DNA of 64,000 nucleotides. It comes from an uncultured Gammaproteobacteria bacterium. Lineage in GTDB: Bacteria > Pseudomonadota > Gammaproteobacteria > Steroidobacterales > Rariloculaceae. The first letter of the stretch is position 1. Each line of letters opens with the position of its first letter. The position numbers and the translations under genes were made by a program. Shown here piece by piece: positions 30,577 to 40,494 of this stretch. Where the stretch lies: NCBI GenBank assembly GCA_963713355.1, contig CAVQLK010000012.1:36679-100678 (forward strand), written 5' to 3'. The notes under the pieces are model-generated. The model searched no databases. It had not been told where the DNA came from and saw only the letters and a program-made list of their open reading frames with translations.

Positions 30577-31205
30577 CACCGTCCTCCTTCGCCGCCCGCA
30601 GCTTCGATCTCGCGACGGCCGCTGAGCGCGCGAGCCAATGTCCCGCCGTCGATGTATTCGAGCTCGCCGCCGACGGGAACGCCGTACGCGATACGGCTCG
30701 CTCGCAAGCCGTGCTTGTGCGCCAAGGCCGCAACAAGGTGTGCCGTCGCGTCGCCTTCGACGGTAACGCTCGTGGCGAGCACGATCTCCGCGAAGCGCTC
30801 GGTGCTGAACCGGCGTTCGAGCAGCGGCAACCCGAGCTCCGCCGGGCCGATGCCGTCGATTGGGGACAGATGCCCCATGAGCACGAAGTATGCGCCGCGA
30901 TACGCACCGGATTGCTCGATCGCGAGCAGGTCCGCCGGCGTCTCGACGACACAGAGCTGCTTCAAGTCGCGTTTATCGTTGCTGCAGAACCGGCAGACGG
31001 CCTCCTCGGTCAACATCCGGCAGCGCTCGCAGTTGCGGATAGAGCGCACGGCACGCTCCAGTGCCGCGGCGAGGCGCCCGCCGGCGTCTCGATCCTTGTC
31101 AAGGAGGTGAAGCACCATGCGCTGCGCGGTCTTCGATCCCACGCCCGGCAAGCATTGGAACGCCTCGATGAGCTGGCTCAAGAGCGGCGAGTAGACGTCA
31201 GCCAC
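30576..31205 (-). CDS. recR: Recombination protein RecR
   Basis: LPGVGSKTAQR HhH, C4 zinc finger and Toprim CVVE motifs. Confidence 0.97.
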   Translation of the reverse strand: MADVYSPLLSQLIEAFQCLPGVGSKTAQRMVLHLLDKDRDAGGRLAAALERAVRSIRNCERCRMLTEEAVCRFCSNDKRDLKQLCVVETPADLLAIEQSGAYRGAYFVLMGHLSPIDGIGPAELGLPLLERRFSTERFAEIVLATSVTVEGDATAHLVAALAHKHGLRASRIAYGVPVGGELEYIDGGTLARALSGRREIEAAGGEGGR

Positions 31206-31211
31206 GTCGCG

Positions 31212-31532
31212 TTAGAACGGCAGCTTCAATCCCGGCGGCAACCCCAGACCGCCAGTGACCGATGACAATTTTTGTTGCACCGTCTGCTCTACTTTTCGGT
31301 TCGCATCGTTGAGTGCGGCCGCCACGAGGTCTTCGAGCATTTCCTTGTCGTCTTTGAGCAGCGCTTCCTCGATCGTGACGCGCCGCACCTCGTGCTTGCA
31401 CGTGACGATGACCTTGACCATGCCGCCTCCGGCAACCCCTTCGACCTCGGTTGCCGCGAGCTCGTCCTGGGCCTTTTGCATGTTGGCCTGCATCTCCTGC
31501 GCTTGCCGCATCAACTGGCTCAAGCCCTTCAT
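31212..31532 (-). CDS. ybaB: Nucleoid-associated protein YbaB/EbfC
   Basis: [10 protein letters not shown] and [14 protein letters not shown] motifs; lies between dnaX and recR. Confidence 0.95.
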   Translation of the reverse strand: MKGLSQLMRQAQEMQANMQKAQDELAATEVEGVAGGGMVKVIVTCKHEVRRVTIEEALLKDDKEMLEDLVAAALNDANRKVEQTVQQKLSSVTGGLGLPPGLKLPF

Positions 31533-31577
31533 CGATCACCTCTCCGCTTTTTCAAGTTCGTTTGCAATTCATCTCGG

Positions 31578-33206
31578 TCATTCGCTCGAGCGAATGCTGT
31601 CGTGCTCGAGCGTCGCATCGAACGCAGCCTGCATGGCCTTCACGTTCGGGTCGGATTCGATCGCTTCGCGCGCCTCGCGCATGCGCCCACTCTCGTTCTC
31701 GCGGCGAAGCTCGGCCGGGGTCGCGCGTGCCGGCTGGCCTACGGCAACCGAGAGCCGGAGGTCCCGCCCGTATTGCTCGCGAAGCGCCGCTTCGAGGCGC
31801 GTACGTACCTGCAGGGTGTTGAGGTGCTCGCGGTCGGCCGGTACGACGAGCTGCCACGCACCGCCCGCGTTCGACTTGAGATCGCAACTGTCGGCGAGCT
31901 GACGCGCGAGCCCGCGAAGGTCGAGCGACTGCACGATGTTGGCCCAGTCGGGTGCGGCACGAGTAGCGCTCGATTTCGCATCGAGGGTCCGATCCGGTGC
32001 CGGCCCAGGCTGCGGCCGGCTTGCGGCGACGGGCTGCGCGGCACGCGGCGCCGACGCCGGCGCCCCCGGCGCCGGTGCGGCGATAGCAGCGCCGCGCACG
32101 GGCCGGTCAGGGACAACGCCCGCATCGGCCGCAGGGCGAAACGCCAACATCCGCAGCAGCGTCATCTCGAAACCCATGCGCGGCTCGCGACACACGGCCA
32201 GATCTCTGCGGCCGTGCAACGCGATCTGATAATAGAGCTGCACATCCTCGGCCGAAAGCTGCGAGGCGAACGGGGCCACGGCCGCATACTCCTCGTCGTC
32301 TGAGCGCCCGCCGACGAGCTGCAAGACGGCGATCCGCTGCAACGCTTCGAGCAGCTCGTCGAGCGCGGCGCCATAATCGGGCGCGCTCTCGTCGAGCCGC
32401 TCGACCTCGGCGAGCAATGCGGCGCCGTCCTCGTTCGCCAACGCCGCGAGCAGCCGCAGCACGTGCTCACGATCGATGCTGCCCAGCATCGCGGCGACCA
32501 ACGGTCCTTCTACCTTGCCGCCGCCGAACGCGATGCTCTGGTCGAGCAAGCTCAAGCCGTCGCGCATGCTGCCCGCGGCCGCGCGCGCGAGTGCCTTGAG
32601 CCCAGCGGCGTCACACGTGATTCCCTCGGCGCGGCAAATCTTCTCGAGCTGCGCTTGAATCTGCGCGATCGTGAAACGCTTGAGATTGAACTGCAGGCAG
32701 CGCGACAACACCGTCACGGGCAGCTTCTGAGGGTCCGTCGTCGCGAGCAGGAACTTCACGTGCGGCGGCGGCTCCTCGAGTGTCTTCAACAGCGCGTTGA
32801 ACGAGTGGTTCGAGAGCATGTGCACCTCGTCGATGAGATACACCTTGAATCGGCCGCGCGTCGGCGCGTATTGAACGTTGTCGAGCAGCTCGCGAGTGTC
32901 GTCTACCTTCGTGCGCGATGCGGCATCGACCTCGATGAGGTCGATGAAGCGCCCCTCATCGATGGCAACGCACGACGAGCAGACGCCGCAGGGCTCGGCC
33001 ACGATGCCGGTCTCGCAGTTGAGCGCCTTGGCGAGCAGACGCGCCACGGTCGTCTTGCCGATGCCGCGCGTCCCGGTGAATAGATAGGCGTGGTGCAGCC
33101 GATTGTCGGCGAGCGAATTAGCCAACGCCTGAACGACGTGGGGCTGGCCGACGAGCTCCTCGAACCGCCGTGGCCGCCATTTGCGCGCTAAAACCGTGTA
33201 ACTCAC
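31578..33206 (-). CDS. dnaX: DNA polymerase III subunit gamma/tau
   Basis: VLARKWRP, GTRGIGKTT, DEVHMLS and SRC motifs; C-terminal tau domain. Confidence 0.97.
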   Translation of the reverse strand: MSYTVLARKWRPRRFEELVGQPHVVQALANSLADNRLHHAYLFTGTRGIGKTTVARLLAKALNCETGIVAEPCGVCSSCVAIDEGRFIDLIEVDAASRTKVDDTRELLDNVQYAPTRGRFKVYLIDEVHMLSNHSFNALLKTLEEPPPHVKFLLATTDPQKLPVTVLSRCLQFNLKRFTIAQIQAQLEKICRAEGITCDAAGLKALARAAAGSMRDGLSLLDQSIAFGGGKVEGPLVAAMLGSIDREHVLRLLAALANEDGAALLAEVERLDESAPDYGAALDELLEALQRIAVLQLVGGRSDDEEYAAVAPFASQLSAEDVQLYYQIALHGRRDLAVCREPRMGFEMTLLRMLAFRPAADAGVVPDRPVRGAAIAAPAPGAPASAPRAAQPVAASRPQPGPAPDRTLDAKSSATRAAPDWANIVQSLDLRGLARQLADSCDLKSNAGGAWQLVVPADREHLNTLQVRTRLEAALREQYGRDLRLSVAVGQPARATPAELRRENESGRMREAREAIESDPNVKAMQAAFDATLEHDSIRSSE

Positions 33207-33234
33207 GCTGGTCTAAGTTCCCGGAAAATTGAGA

Positions 33235-33340
33235 GGTCCGCGCCAGCCCGACCCCGGCACCCAACCGGGCTGCTACCGCTGCTCCCTTCCGGGCCTGACG
33301 GGGTTTACAGCTGGTTGTCGCGGGGGAACCGACGCGGACC
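33235..33340 (-). ncRNA. ffs: Signal recognition particle RNA (4.5S)
   Basis: Minus strand carries the domain IV motif TCAGGCCCGGAAGGGAGCAGC inside a long hairpin closed by GGTCCGCG/CGCGGACC; upstream of dnaX. Confidence 0.92.
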
Positions 33341-33511
33341 ATCGCTACTTTACCAGCTTGGCTTTCAGGCGTGCGGTTTCGCCGGCCATAGATGGCCGGC
33401 GTGCCGAACATGCAGCAGCGATTTTCGGCCGGCGCTGGGCGGTTTGAAACGGCGTCGGTTCTTAAGCTACGCTGCCGGCCCGGCCGTTCAGCGCCGGTGA
33501 TTTCAAGTTCC

Positions 33512-33604
33512 GGAGAGGTGGCCGAGTGGTTGAAGGCGCACGCCTGGAAAGTGTGTATACGCCCAAAAAGCGTATCGAGGGTTCGAATCCCTCCCTCTCC
33601 GCCA
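33512..33604 (+). tRNA. tRNA-Ser(GGA)
   Basis: Acceptor stem GGAGAGG/CCTCTCC, anticodon loop CTGGAAA, long variable arm, T-arm GAGGGTTCGAATCCCTC and encoded CCA. Confidence 0.97.
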
Positions 33605-33676
33605 CGATCTACTTAAAGCGTCCAAAGCCGTTTATGCTTCCCGTCTTTCTACTAGACGTCTCATCGAGGAAATGAC

Positions 33677-34633
33677 ATGGCCGACAAGAAAATCATTGCA
33701 GTATTAGGGTCGACGGGCTCGCAGGGCGGCGGTTTGGTCCGCGCGATTCTCGAGGATCCTTCGGGCGGCTTCGCAGCGCGCGCCGTTACGCGCGACACGT
33801 CCAAGGACAAAGCCAACGCGCTCGCCTCTGCGGGTGCGCAGGTCGTCAAAGCAGATCTCGACGACGTCGAAAGCTTGAAGAAGGCGTTCGCGGGCGCATA
33901 CGGCGTTTACGCCGTCACGAATTTCTGGGAGCACTTCTCGGGCGAGAAAGAGAAGGCCCAAGCAAAGAACGTCGCCGAGGCCGCGAAGGCGGCGGGTGTC
34001 AAGCACGTCGTCTGGTCGACGCTCGAGGACATCCGCCAATTCATGAAACCCGACGACAAGCGCATGCCGATGCTGCAGCAGAAGTACCGCGTGCCGCACT
34101 TCGATGCGAAGGCCGAGGCGAATGCATCGTTCAGCGGCCTGCCGACGACATTCCTCGTCACGTCGTTCTACTGGGACAACCTCTATATGTTCGGCCTCGC
34201 CCCGAAGAAGGGCGACGACGGCAAGCTCGCGTGGACGTTCCCGATGGGGACCGCGAAGATGGCGGGCATCGCGGCCGAGGACATTGGCAAGGTCGCATAC
34301 GGCATCTTCAAGGGCGGCAACCAGTATGTCGGCAAGACCGTCGGCATCATGGGCGAGGCCCTGACGATCGAGCAGATGGGACAAACGCTGAGCAAGGTTT
34401 TGGGCGTCGGCCCGATCCAATACAACGCCGTCGAGGCAGACGTCTATCGCAGCTTCGGTTTCCCGGGCGCCGACGAGATGGGCAACATGTTCCAAGCGTA
34501 TCGCGACTTCGATAAGCAGATGCTCGCGAACCGCAGCGCCGACACGGCGCGTAAGCTGAACCCTGCGCTGCAGAGCTTCGAGCAATTCGTCACGAAGCAG
34601 AAGGCGGCGATCAAGACTGCCATGGGCGTCTGA
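33677..34633 (+). CDS. NmrA/HSCARG-family NAD(P)-binding protein
   Basis: GSTGSQGG, VTNFWEH and VPHFDAK motifs. Confidence 0.9.
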   Translation: MADKKIIAVLGSTGSQGGGLVRAILEDPSGGFAARAVTRDTSKDKANALASAGAQVVKADLDDVESLKKAFAGAYGVYAVTNFWEHFSGEKEKAQAKNVAEAAKAAGVKHVVWSTLEDIRQFMKPDDKRMPMLQQKYRVPHFDAKAEANASFSGLPTTFLVTSFYWDNLYMFGLAPKKGDDGKLAWTFPMGTAKMAGIAAEDIGKVAYGIFKGGNQYVGKTVGIMGEALTIEQMGQTLSKVLGVGPIQYNAVEADVYRSFGFPGADEMGNMFQAYRDFDKQMLANRSADTARKLNPALQSFEQFVTKQKAAIKTAMGV

Positions 34634-34677
34634 ACGCCCTGGCGCTCGCAGCGGCGGGCGCCGCGTGCTTCCGTTCC

Positions 34678-34709
34678 AACGGCGAGCTCCAGAGAGCTCG
34701 CCGTTTTTT
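34678..34709 (+). terminator. Rho-independent terminator
   Basis: AACGGCGAGCTC-CAGA-GAGCTCGCCGTT followed by TTTT. Confidence 0.8.
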
Positions 34710-35626
34710 CATCTGCGATCGTCGCTCGTAGCACGAGCCCGACGGCTCTGGCCGGTCTCGGCAAAGTAGTTCGTTACGCCATCGGGATCGTCGAGCCAGA
34801 TGGTCCGCAGGTCGAAGCCTTGTAAGCCGCTCAAGGGTTGAGCGATCGGCACGTGCCTCGCGTTCGCGAGCGCATCGACGGCCTCGACATCCGAGACGAC
34901 GTACTGAATGCCGCCGCTGCCCGTGTCGGCCGGTAGATCATTGCCGAAGCTGCGGAGGCTGATCGTCGTCGCGCCGTGCCTGTACGAGTACTTGCGCGTG
35001 CCGAACCGCTCGTCGTCGACGGGCGGCAGCTCCTCGAGCCCGACGAACCCGCGGTAAAAGGCGCGGCTGCGCGCCATATCGGCAACGGTCAGCCCCACCT
35101 CGATGCGGGCAAGTTGCTCGGCCGTCGCTGCCGGAACGACGACGAGCTCGACGTCTTGACCGTCCGGATCCTGCACGAGCGCACTGCGACGGTCGTCCGC
35201 GTAGTCCCTGAACTCCGGCGCCGGCAATCCGTGCTGCGCGAACCGCGCGGCGAGCTGCCGCTCGTCGGCGAAGTAGAACGTCAATAGCCGTAAGCCCGTC
35301 GCAGCGCGAACGCCGCCGCTCTGATAGCTCCGGTTGCCGACACGCCGTGTGAGCTTCAGCTCTTGAGCGCCCGCTTGGAACCGTGCGACTCCTCCGCCGT
35401 TGCCTACGTTGAGTGTCGACAGCTGCTTGAACCCGAGCACGTCGCCGTAGAACTCGTACATGCGCTCCGCGGGAACCTCGAACCGGCGAAACACGTTCAT
35501 CGACGGCTGCCACAACACGCGGGCTGTCGTCGTTTCCGCAGCGGGCCCCGCCGTTTGCGCGAGCGCCGGCCCGGTCGCTGCAAGCGCGAGCAACGCCACG
35601 GATGCCGCTCGACCGCGTCGGAACAT
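34709..35626 (-). CDS. Secreted tandem VOC/glyoxalase-family protein
   Basis: Signal peptide ending ALA-Q; two VOC repeats (FYGDVLGF...QDPDGQDVELV and FYRGFVGL...DDPDGVTNYF). Confidence 0.75.
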   Translation of the reverse strand: MFRRGRAASVALLALAATGPALAQTAGPAAETTTARVLWQPSMNVFRRFEVPAERMYEFYGDVLGFKQLSTLNVGNGGGVARFQAGAQELKLTRRVGNRSYQSGGVRAATGLRLLTFYFADERQLAARFAQHGLPAPEFRDYADDRRSALVQDPDGQDVELVVVPAATAEQLARIEVGLTVADMARSRAFYRGFVGLEELPPVDDERFGTRKYSYRHGATTISLRSFGNDLPADTGSGGIQYVVSDVEAVDALANARHVPIAQPLSGLQGFDLRTIWLDDPDGVTNYFAETGQSRRARATSDDRR

Positions 35627-35694
35627 TGCTCGCCCCTGCCATGTCACGTTATTGCGAGTGTGAATCACGTGGGCTGCCGGTACAATCGCCGCCC

Positions 35695-37044
35695 ATGTGG
35701 AAAGTACTCGTCATTCTGCTGGTTCTAGGGGTCGGCGCTGTAGCGCTGTGGGTCAACGCGGGACGAGCCGAAGGCCCCGCCATCGAGATCGGGGGTTCGG
35801 CAGCGATCGGCCAGACCGGGGAGCTCGCCGTGAAAGTCACCGCGCCCGGTGCCGAGTTGACAGGGTTTACCGTCACGCTCGTTCAGGGCGAAAGCGCCAC
35901 GACACTCGTCTCGGACGCGGCCCAGGGTACGACCGACGGCGACGCCGTCAGCGTCACCATTCCCGTAGGGAAGCGAGCGCTGCCAGAGCTGAAGCCCGGT
36001 GAGGCGCGCATCGATGTCACGGCTGTACGGCCCGTGCTGTTCGGGCTGAGGCAAGCCGCAGCAACGGCGACGCGGACGATCGAAGTGCGGCTCACGCCGC
36101 CGCAGGTGGCGGTGCTCTCGCAGTTTCACTACGTCAACCACGGCGGCTCCGAGATGGTCGTCTATCGCGTGAATCCACTCGACGCCGAGTCCGGAGTGCG
36201 CGTCGGCGATCGCGAGTATCGCGGTTTCCCGGCCGGCGGAACCGACGCAGCGCTGCGTATCGCGTTCTTCGCGCTGCTGTGGGACCAGGACTTGAATACC
36301 CCGATCACGGTGTTCGCGCGCGACACCATCGGCAATGAAGGCAGCGGCAGCTTCGACTTCCGCGTGTTCCCGAAGCAATTTCGCGCGAGCACGATCAATC
36401 TCGACGACCGGTTCCTCGCGCGGGTCGTGCCGCCGATCCTGCAGAACTCGACCGAGGTCAAGGTCGAGGATCCGAGTAACTTCCTTGCTTCGTATCTCAC
36501 GATCAATCGCGAGCTACGGCGCATGAACAATGAGACGATCGCAAACCTCGCCCTCGGCACGTCGCCGGAAATCCTGTGGCGCGGGCCGTTCAAACAGCTC
36601 ATCAACACGGCCGTCGAAGCCGGCTTCGCCGACCAGCGCACGTACGTCTACAACGGTTCCGACGTCGATCGGCAGGTTCACCTTGGCTTCGACTTGGCCT
36701 CGACGGCGAACGCGCCCGTGCGCGCGGCTAACCGCGGCCGCGTCGTGCAGGCCGGTTGGCTCGGCATCTACGGCAACTGCGTGATCCTCGACCACGGCAT
36801 GGGGCTGCAATCGCTGTACGCTCATCTCTCTTCGATCGGAGTCAGCGACGGTCAGATCGTCGAGAGCGAGGCCGAGCTCGGGCGCAGCGGCGCGACTGGC
36901 CTCGCGGGCGGCGACCACCTGCACTTCACGATGCTGCTCGGCGGCAATGCGATCACGCCGATCGATTGGTGGAGCCCGCAATGGGTTCAAGATCGCGTGC
37001 TACGGAAGTTCACGGACGCGGGCCTTGCGCCGCCGAGCCCTTGA
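35695..37044 (+). CDS. M23-family metallopeptidase
   Basis: N-terminal anchor; HLGFD, YGNCVILDHG, YAHLS and GDHLHF motifs. Confidence 0.9.
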   Translation: MWKVLVILLVLGVGAVALWVNAGRAEGPAIEIGGSAAIGQTGELAVKVTAPGAELTGFTVTLVQGESATTLVSDAAQGTTDGDAVSVTIPVGKRALPELKPGEARIDVTAVRPVLFGLRQAAATATRTIEVRLTPPQVAVLSQFHYVNHGGSEMVVYRVNPLDAESGVRVGDREYRGFPAGGTDAALRIAFFALLWDQDLNTPITVFARDTIGNEGSGSFDFRVFPKQFRASTINLDDRFLARVVPPILQNSTEVKVEDPSNFLASYLTINRELRRMNNETIANLALGTSPEILWRGPFKQLINTAVEAGFADQRTYVYNGSDVDRQVHLGFDLASTANAPVRAANRGRVVQAGWLGIYGNCVILDHGMGLQSLYAHLSSIGVSDGQIVESEAELGRSGATGLAGGDHLHFTMLLGGNAITPIDWWSPQWVQDRVLRKFTDAGLAPPSP

Positions 37045-37053
37045 GCCGGCCGC

Positions 37054-38352
37054 TCAGCCCTCTTCCTCCGGGCGCGGCCGGTAGATCAGCTTGTCGATCC
37101 TCCGCTCGTCCATGTCGACGATCTCGTAGTGACCGGTACGGTCGGTGAAGGTGTCGCCGACCACGGGTAACCGACCGAGGCGCGACAAAGCATAACCGGC
37201 GACGGTATCGAACGTACCGGAACGCCGCAGGCCCGCGATGCCGAGGCGGTCCTCGAATTCGTCGATGCCGAAGCTGCCGTCCACGAGCCACGAGCCGTCG
37301 CTGCGTTTCAGCATCGTGGCGGACCCGGTCTCCCCGCCGGCCTCCGGCAACGCTCCTGCAACGGCTTCGATGATGTCCGCCAGTGTGACGACACCCTGGG
37401 TCGCGCCGTACTCGTCGACGACGATCGCCATGTGCATGCCTTCGCGGCGAAAGCCTTCGAGCAGCTTCAACACGGGCGTGCCGTCGAGCACGACGAGCGG
37501 CTGCATGATCAGCTCCTCGAGCACGATCGGTTGACCGGCGAGCGACGCGCGTGCGAGGTCCTTCATGTGGACGATGCCGATCGGATGGTCGATCGTCTCG
37601 CGGCACACGGGAAAACGCGACAAGCGCCGCGCGTCGAGCCGCGCGACGATGTCGGCCGGCGTCTCGTTGACCTCGAGCCAAACGACGTCGGTGCGCGGCG
37701 TCATGATCGCGCGCGCGGTGCGGTCGGCGAGCCGCAAGACACCTTCGATCATCTCGCGTTCCTTCGGCATGAAGACGCCGGCACGCGTGCCCTCGGCGAC
37801 GAGACTTCGCACTTCGTCCTCGGTCACCGTTAGCTTGCGGTCGCGCGCCAAGCCGAACAGGCGCATCAGACCATCCGCCGACGACCGGACCAGCCACACG
37901 GCCGGCGCCGCAACCTTAGCTACTCCGCGCATCAGGGGCGCCAAAGCGGACGCAATGCGCTCGGGATCGTTGAGCGCGATTCGCTTCGGCAATAGCTCGC
38001 CGAAGACGACCGAGACGTAAGTGATTCCGAGCGTCACGAGGGCAATCGCCGCCGGTTGGCCGTACGGAGCAATCCAAGGCCAGCGATCGAGCCACACGCC
38101 GAGCGGCTCGGCCAGCGTCGCGCCGCCGTACGCGGCGGCAAGCATGCCGACCAGCGTGATCCCGACTTGGACCGTCGACAGGAAGTTCGTCGGGCTCTCG
38201 AGCAGCCGTATCGCTCTACGAGCTCCGCGGTGCCTGCGCTTGACGAGCTCCTGCAGACGGCTGCGCCGCGACGAGACGACGGCGAGCTCCGACATCGCGA
38301 GCAGCGCGTTGCACGCGATCAGGACGAGGATGACGAGGATTTCCAGCAGCAT
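37054..38352 (-). CDS. HlyC/CorC (CNNM) family transporter, DUF21-CBS-CorC
   Basis: FLSTVQVGIT, FGELLPKRIAL, IMTPRTD and VVDEYG motifs. Confidence 0.9.
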   Translation of the reverse strand: MLLEILVILVLIACNALLAMSELAVVSSRRSRLQELVKRRHRGARRAIRLLESPTNFLSTVQVGITLVGMLAAAYGGATLAEPLGVWLDRWPWIAPYGQPAAIALVTLGITYVSVVFGELLPKRIALNDPERIASALAPLMRGVAKVAAPAVWLVRSSADGLMRLFGLARDRKLTVTEDEVRSLVAEGTRAGVFMPKEREMIEGVLRLADRTARAIMTPRTDVVWLEVNETPADIVARLDARRLSRFPVCRETIDHPIGIVHMKDLARASLAGQPIVLEELIMQPLVVLDGTPVLKLLEGFRREGMHMAIVVDEYGATQGVVTLADIIEAVAGALPEAGGETGSATMLKRSDGSWLVDGSFGIDEFEDRLGIAGLRRSGTFDTVAGYALSRLGRLPVVGDTFTDRTGHYEIVDMDERRIDKLIYRPRPEEEG

Positions 38353-38481
38353 CGATCGAGCCCTTGGCGCAGCCGAATTGCAGCGCGGCGCGGCGCGCTG
38401 CAGCAGCGTAACAGACAGGCGGGGGCATGGATGCCCGAGGTAGAGCAACGGGAGAGTTGCCGGAGCAGTTGCCGAGAACGG

Positions 38482-38910
38482 TCAGTTATCGATGACGCGA
38501 TCGTCGCCGGCCGGCGGCGGGTCACCCTGCTCCGCCGGCTCGGCATCGGATGGGTCTTCCGGTGCCGACCGCGCTTCGGCGCGCGCCTCTTTTCTCGCCT
38601 CACGGCGCTGCCGCCGCGACTGGTCATCCTGGTCGGCGTCATCGACGAAAGGGCGAGAATCGCCGAAGAACGGCGGCGGTTCCTCGAGGCACGCCCCGGC
38701 CGTGATCGAGCCGCTGACGCCGACATCGGACGGCAGGCGGATCGCGTCACTCTCGTCGGGAGGCGACAGATCGTCGGGGATTTGCACGGGCGGTGCGGAT
38801 CTCGCCGTCGAGTAGCGCACTTCGGGCTCGCAAGCCAATGTCTCTTGGCGAGAGCAGCCTGCGACCGCCGCGAGCCAGACGATCGCGCAGCAGATGCGAC
38901 AGAATCGCAT
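38482..38910 (-). CDS. Short lipoprotein at the bamC/nlpB position
   Basis: Lipobox VAGC; PPVQIPDDLSPPD resembles the BamC N-terminal extension; starts immediately after the dapA stop. Confidence 0.6.
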   Translation of the reverse strand: MRFCRICCAIVWLAAVAGCSRQETLACEPEVRYSTARSAPPVQIPDDLSPPDESDAIRLPSDVGVSGSITAGACLEEPPPFFGDSRPFVDDADQDDQSRRQRREARKEARAEARSAPEDPSDAEPAEQGDPPPAGDDRVIDN

Positions 38911-38911
38911 G

Positions 38912-39799
38912 CTATGCAGCCGCGACTCGAACGCTTGCGGCCGTCATCGCTTCGAGAACAGCGGCGTGATACTGCGGCGCGAGCGGGGTCAGCGGCAGTC
39001 GAATGCCGGGACCGATGAGCCCCATGCGCTGCACGGCCCACTTGACGGGAATCGGATTGCTCTCGCAGAACAACGTACGATGCAAGGGTTGCAAGCGGGC
39101 GTCGATGGCTTCGGCCTCCGCACGCTTGCGCGCGATCGCGGCGTCACACAAGTGCCGCATCCCCGACGCCGCCACGTTCGCGGTCACGGAAATCACCCCG
39201 TCTCCACCCTGCAGCATGAACTCGCAGCCCGTCGCATCATCGCCGCTCAGGAGCTTGAACGCCGGTCCGCATGCGTCTCTGAGCACGTGGACTCGGTTGA
39301 GTTCCCCGGTCGCTTCCTTGATCGCTCGAATGTTCGGATGCGAGGCGAGCTTGATCACGGTCTCGGGCTTCAAGTCGACGCCCGTGCGCCCCGGAACGTT
39401 GTAGAGAATGAGCGGCCGGCCGACTGCGTCGGCAACCGCCGAAAAGTGGCGTCGCATGCCTTCCTGCGTCGGCTTGTTGTAGTACGGCGTCACGACGAGA
39501 AACGCGGCGACGGGCAGCCGGTCGACGGCACGCGACAGCTTCAATGTCTGCGCCGTCGAGTTAGAGCCCGTGCCCGCCACGATTGGAATGCGCCCCGCGG
39601 CGAGCTCGCAAGCTTTGGCGATGACCTCGACGTGCTCAGCATGATCGAGCGTCGCCGATTCGCCGGTGGTTCCCGCTACGACGAGCGCGTTGGTTCCCGA
39701 CTCGACGTGAAAATCGATGACCTCCGCAAACTGCCGGTAATTTATCGCGCCGTCTGCGTCCATCGGCGTAACTACCGCCACCATGCTGCCGGACAACAT
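38912..39799 (-). CDS. dapA: 4-hydroxy-tetrahydrodipicolinate synthase
   Basis: GTTGESATL, PYYNKP, LYNVPGRT, IKEATG and ESNPIPVKW motifs. Confidence 0.97.
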   Translation of the reverse strand: MLSGSMVAVVTPMDADGAINYRQFAEVIDFHVESGTNALVVAGTTGESATLDHAEHVEVIAKACELAAGRIPIVAGTGSNSTAQTLKLSRAVDRLPVAAFLVVTPYYNKPTQEGMRRHFSAVADAVGRPLILYNVPGRTGVDLKPETVIKLASHPNIRAIKEATGELNRVHVLRDACGPAFKLLSGDDATGCEFMLQGGDGVISVTANVAASGMRHLCDAAIARKRAEAEAIDARLQPLHRTLFCESNPIPVKWAVQRMGLIGPGIRLPLTPLAPQYHAAVLEAMTAASVRVAAA

Positions 39800-39938
39800 T
39801 GTCGAAACCCTTCGCACACCGAGCCAAAAAGGCGAACGATACTACCGGCGCCCAGTTGGCTCCGCAACCCGAGCGTTGCGGACCCGGCGGCGGTTCAGGT
39901 TACACTGCCAGACCGGGTACGCCGCGAGATTCTCTTAG

Positions 39939-40472
39939 ATGGAACAACTCATGGTCATCTCCGCCGTCGGCGGGGAGCCTACCGCTGTCGTGCAGGAGCT
40001 GACTCGAGTCATCATGGACTGCGGCGGCAACATCAAGGAGAGCAGGATCGCGTCGTTCGGCTCAGAGGTGGCGATGCTCCTGCTCGTGTCGGGCAATTGG
40101 CACACCGTCAGCCGCATGGAACGGGAGCTCACGCGCTTCGCCAACAACAACGGCGTGACGATGCAATTCAAACGCACCGAGCCGCGCCGGTTCGGCAAGG
40201 AGCTGCTGCCCTACGCTGTCGACGTCGTCGGTCTCGATCAGCCCGGGGTCGTGCACAGCTTGAGCGGTTTCTTTGCGGCTCGCAAAGTCGAGATTGCCGA
40301 GGTTTCGACGCGCAGCTATGCGGCAACGCACACGGGCGCGCCGATGTTTTCCGTGCAGATGGCCATCAACATTCCAGCGACCGTCCACATTTCCGGCCTA
40401 CGCGAAGAGTTCATGGATTTTTGCGACCAGCTGAACGTCGACGCCATCTTGGAGCCCGTCAAGCAATCTTGA
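39939..40472 (+). CDS. gcvR: Glycine cleavage system regulator (tandem ACT domains)
   Basis: Two ACT-like repeats (DQPGVV); dapA/gcvR/bcp gene order. Confidence 0.85.
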   Translation: MEQLMVISAVGGEPTAVVQELTRVIMDCGGNIKESRIASFGSEVAMLLLVSGNWHTVSRMERELTRFANNNGVTMQFKRTEPRRFGKELLPYAVDVVGLDQPGVVHSLSGFFAARKVEIAEVSTRSYAATHTGAPMFSVQMAINIPATVHISGLREEFMDFCDQLNVDAILEPVKQS

Positions 40473-40494
40473 CCGACAGGGGAACGACGCCGTC

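Noticed and set aside
31578-33206. Programmed -1 frameshift or slippage site in dnaX
   Set aside because: No A AAA AAG heptamer or long A run was seen in the linker region.
33512-38352. Genomic island integrated at tRNA-Ser
   Set aside because: No integrase, no repeat of the tRNA 3' end seen, and composition looks like the flanks.
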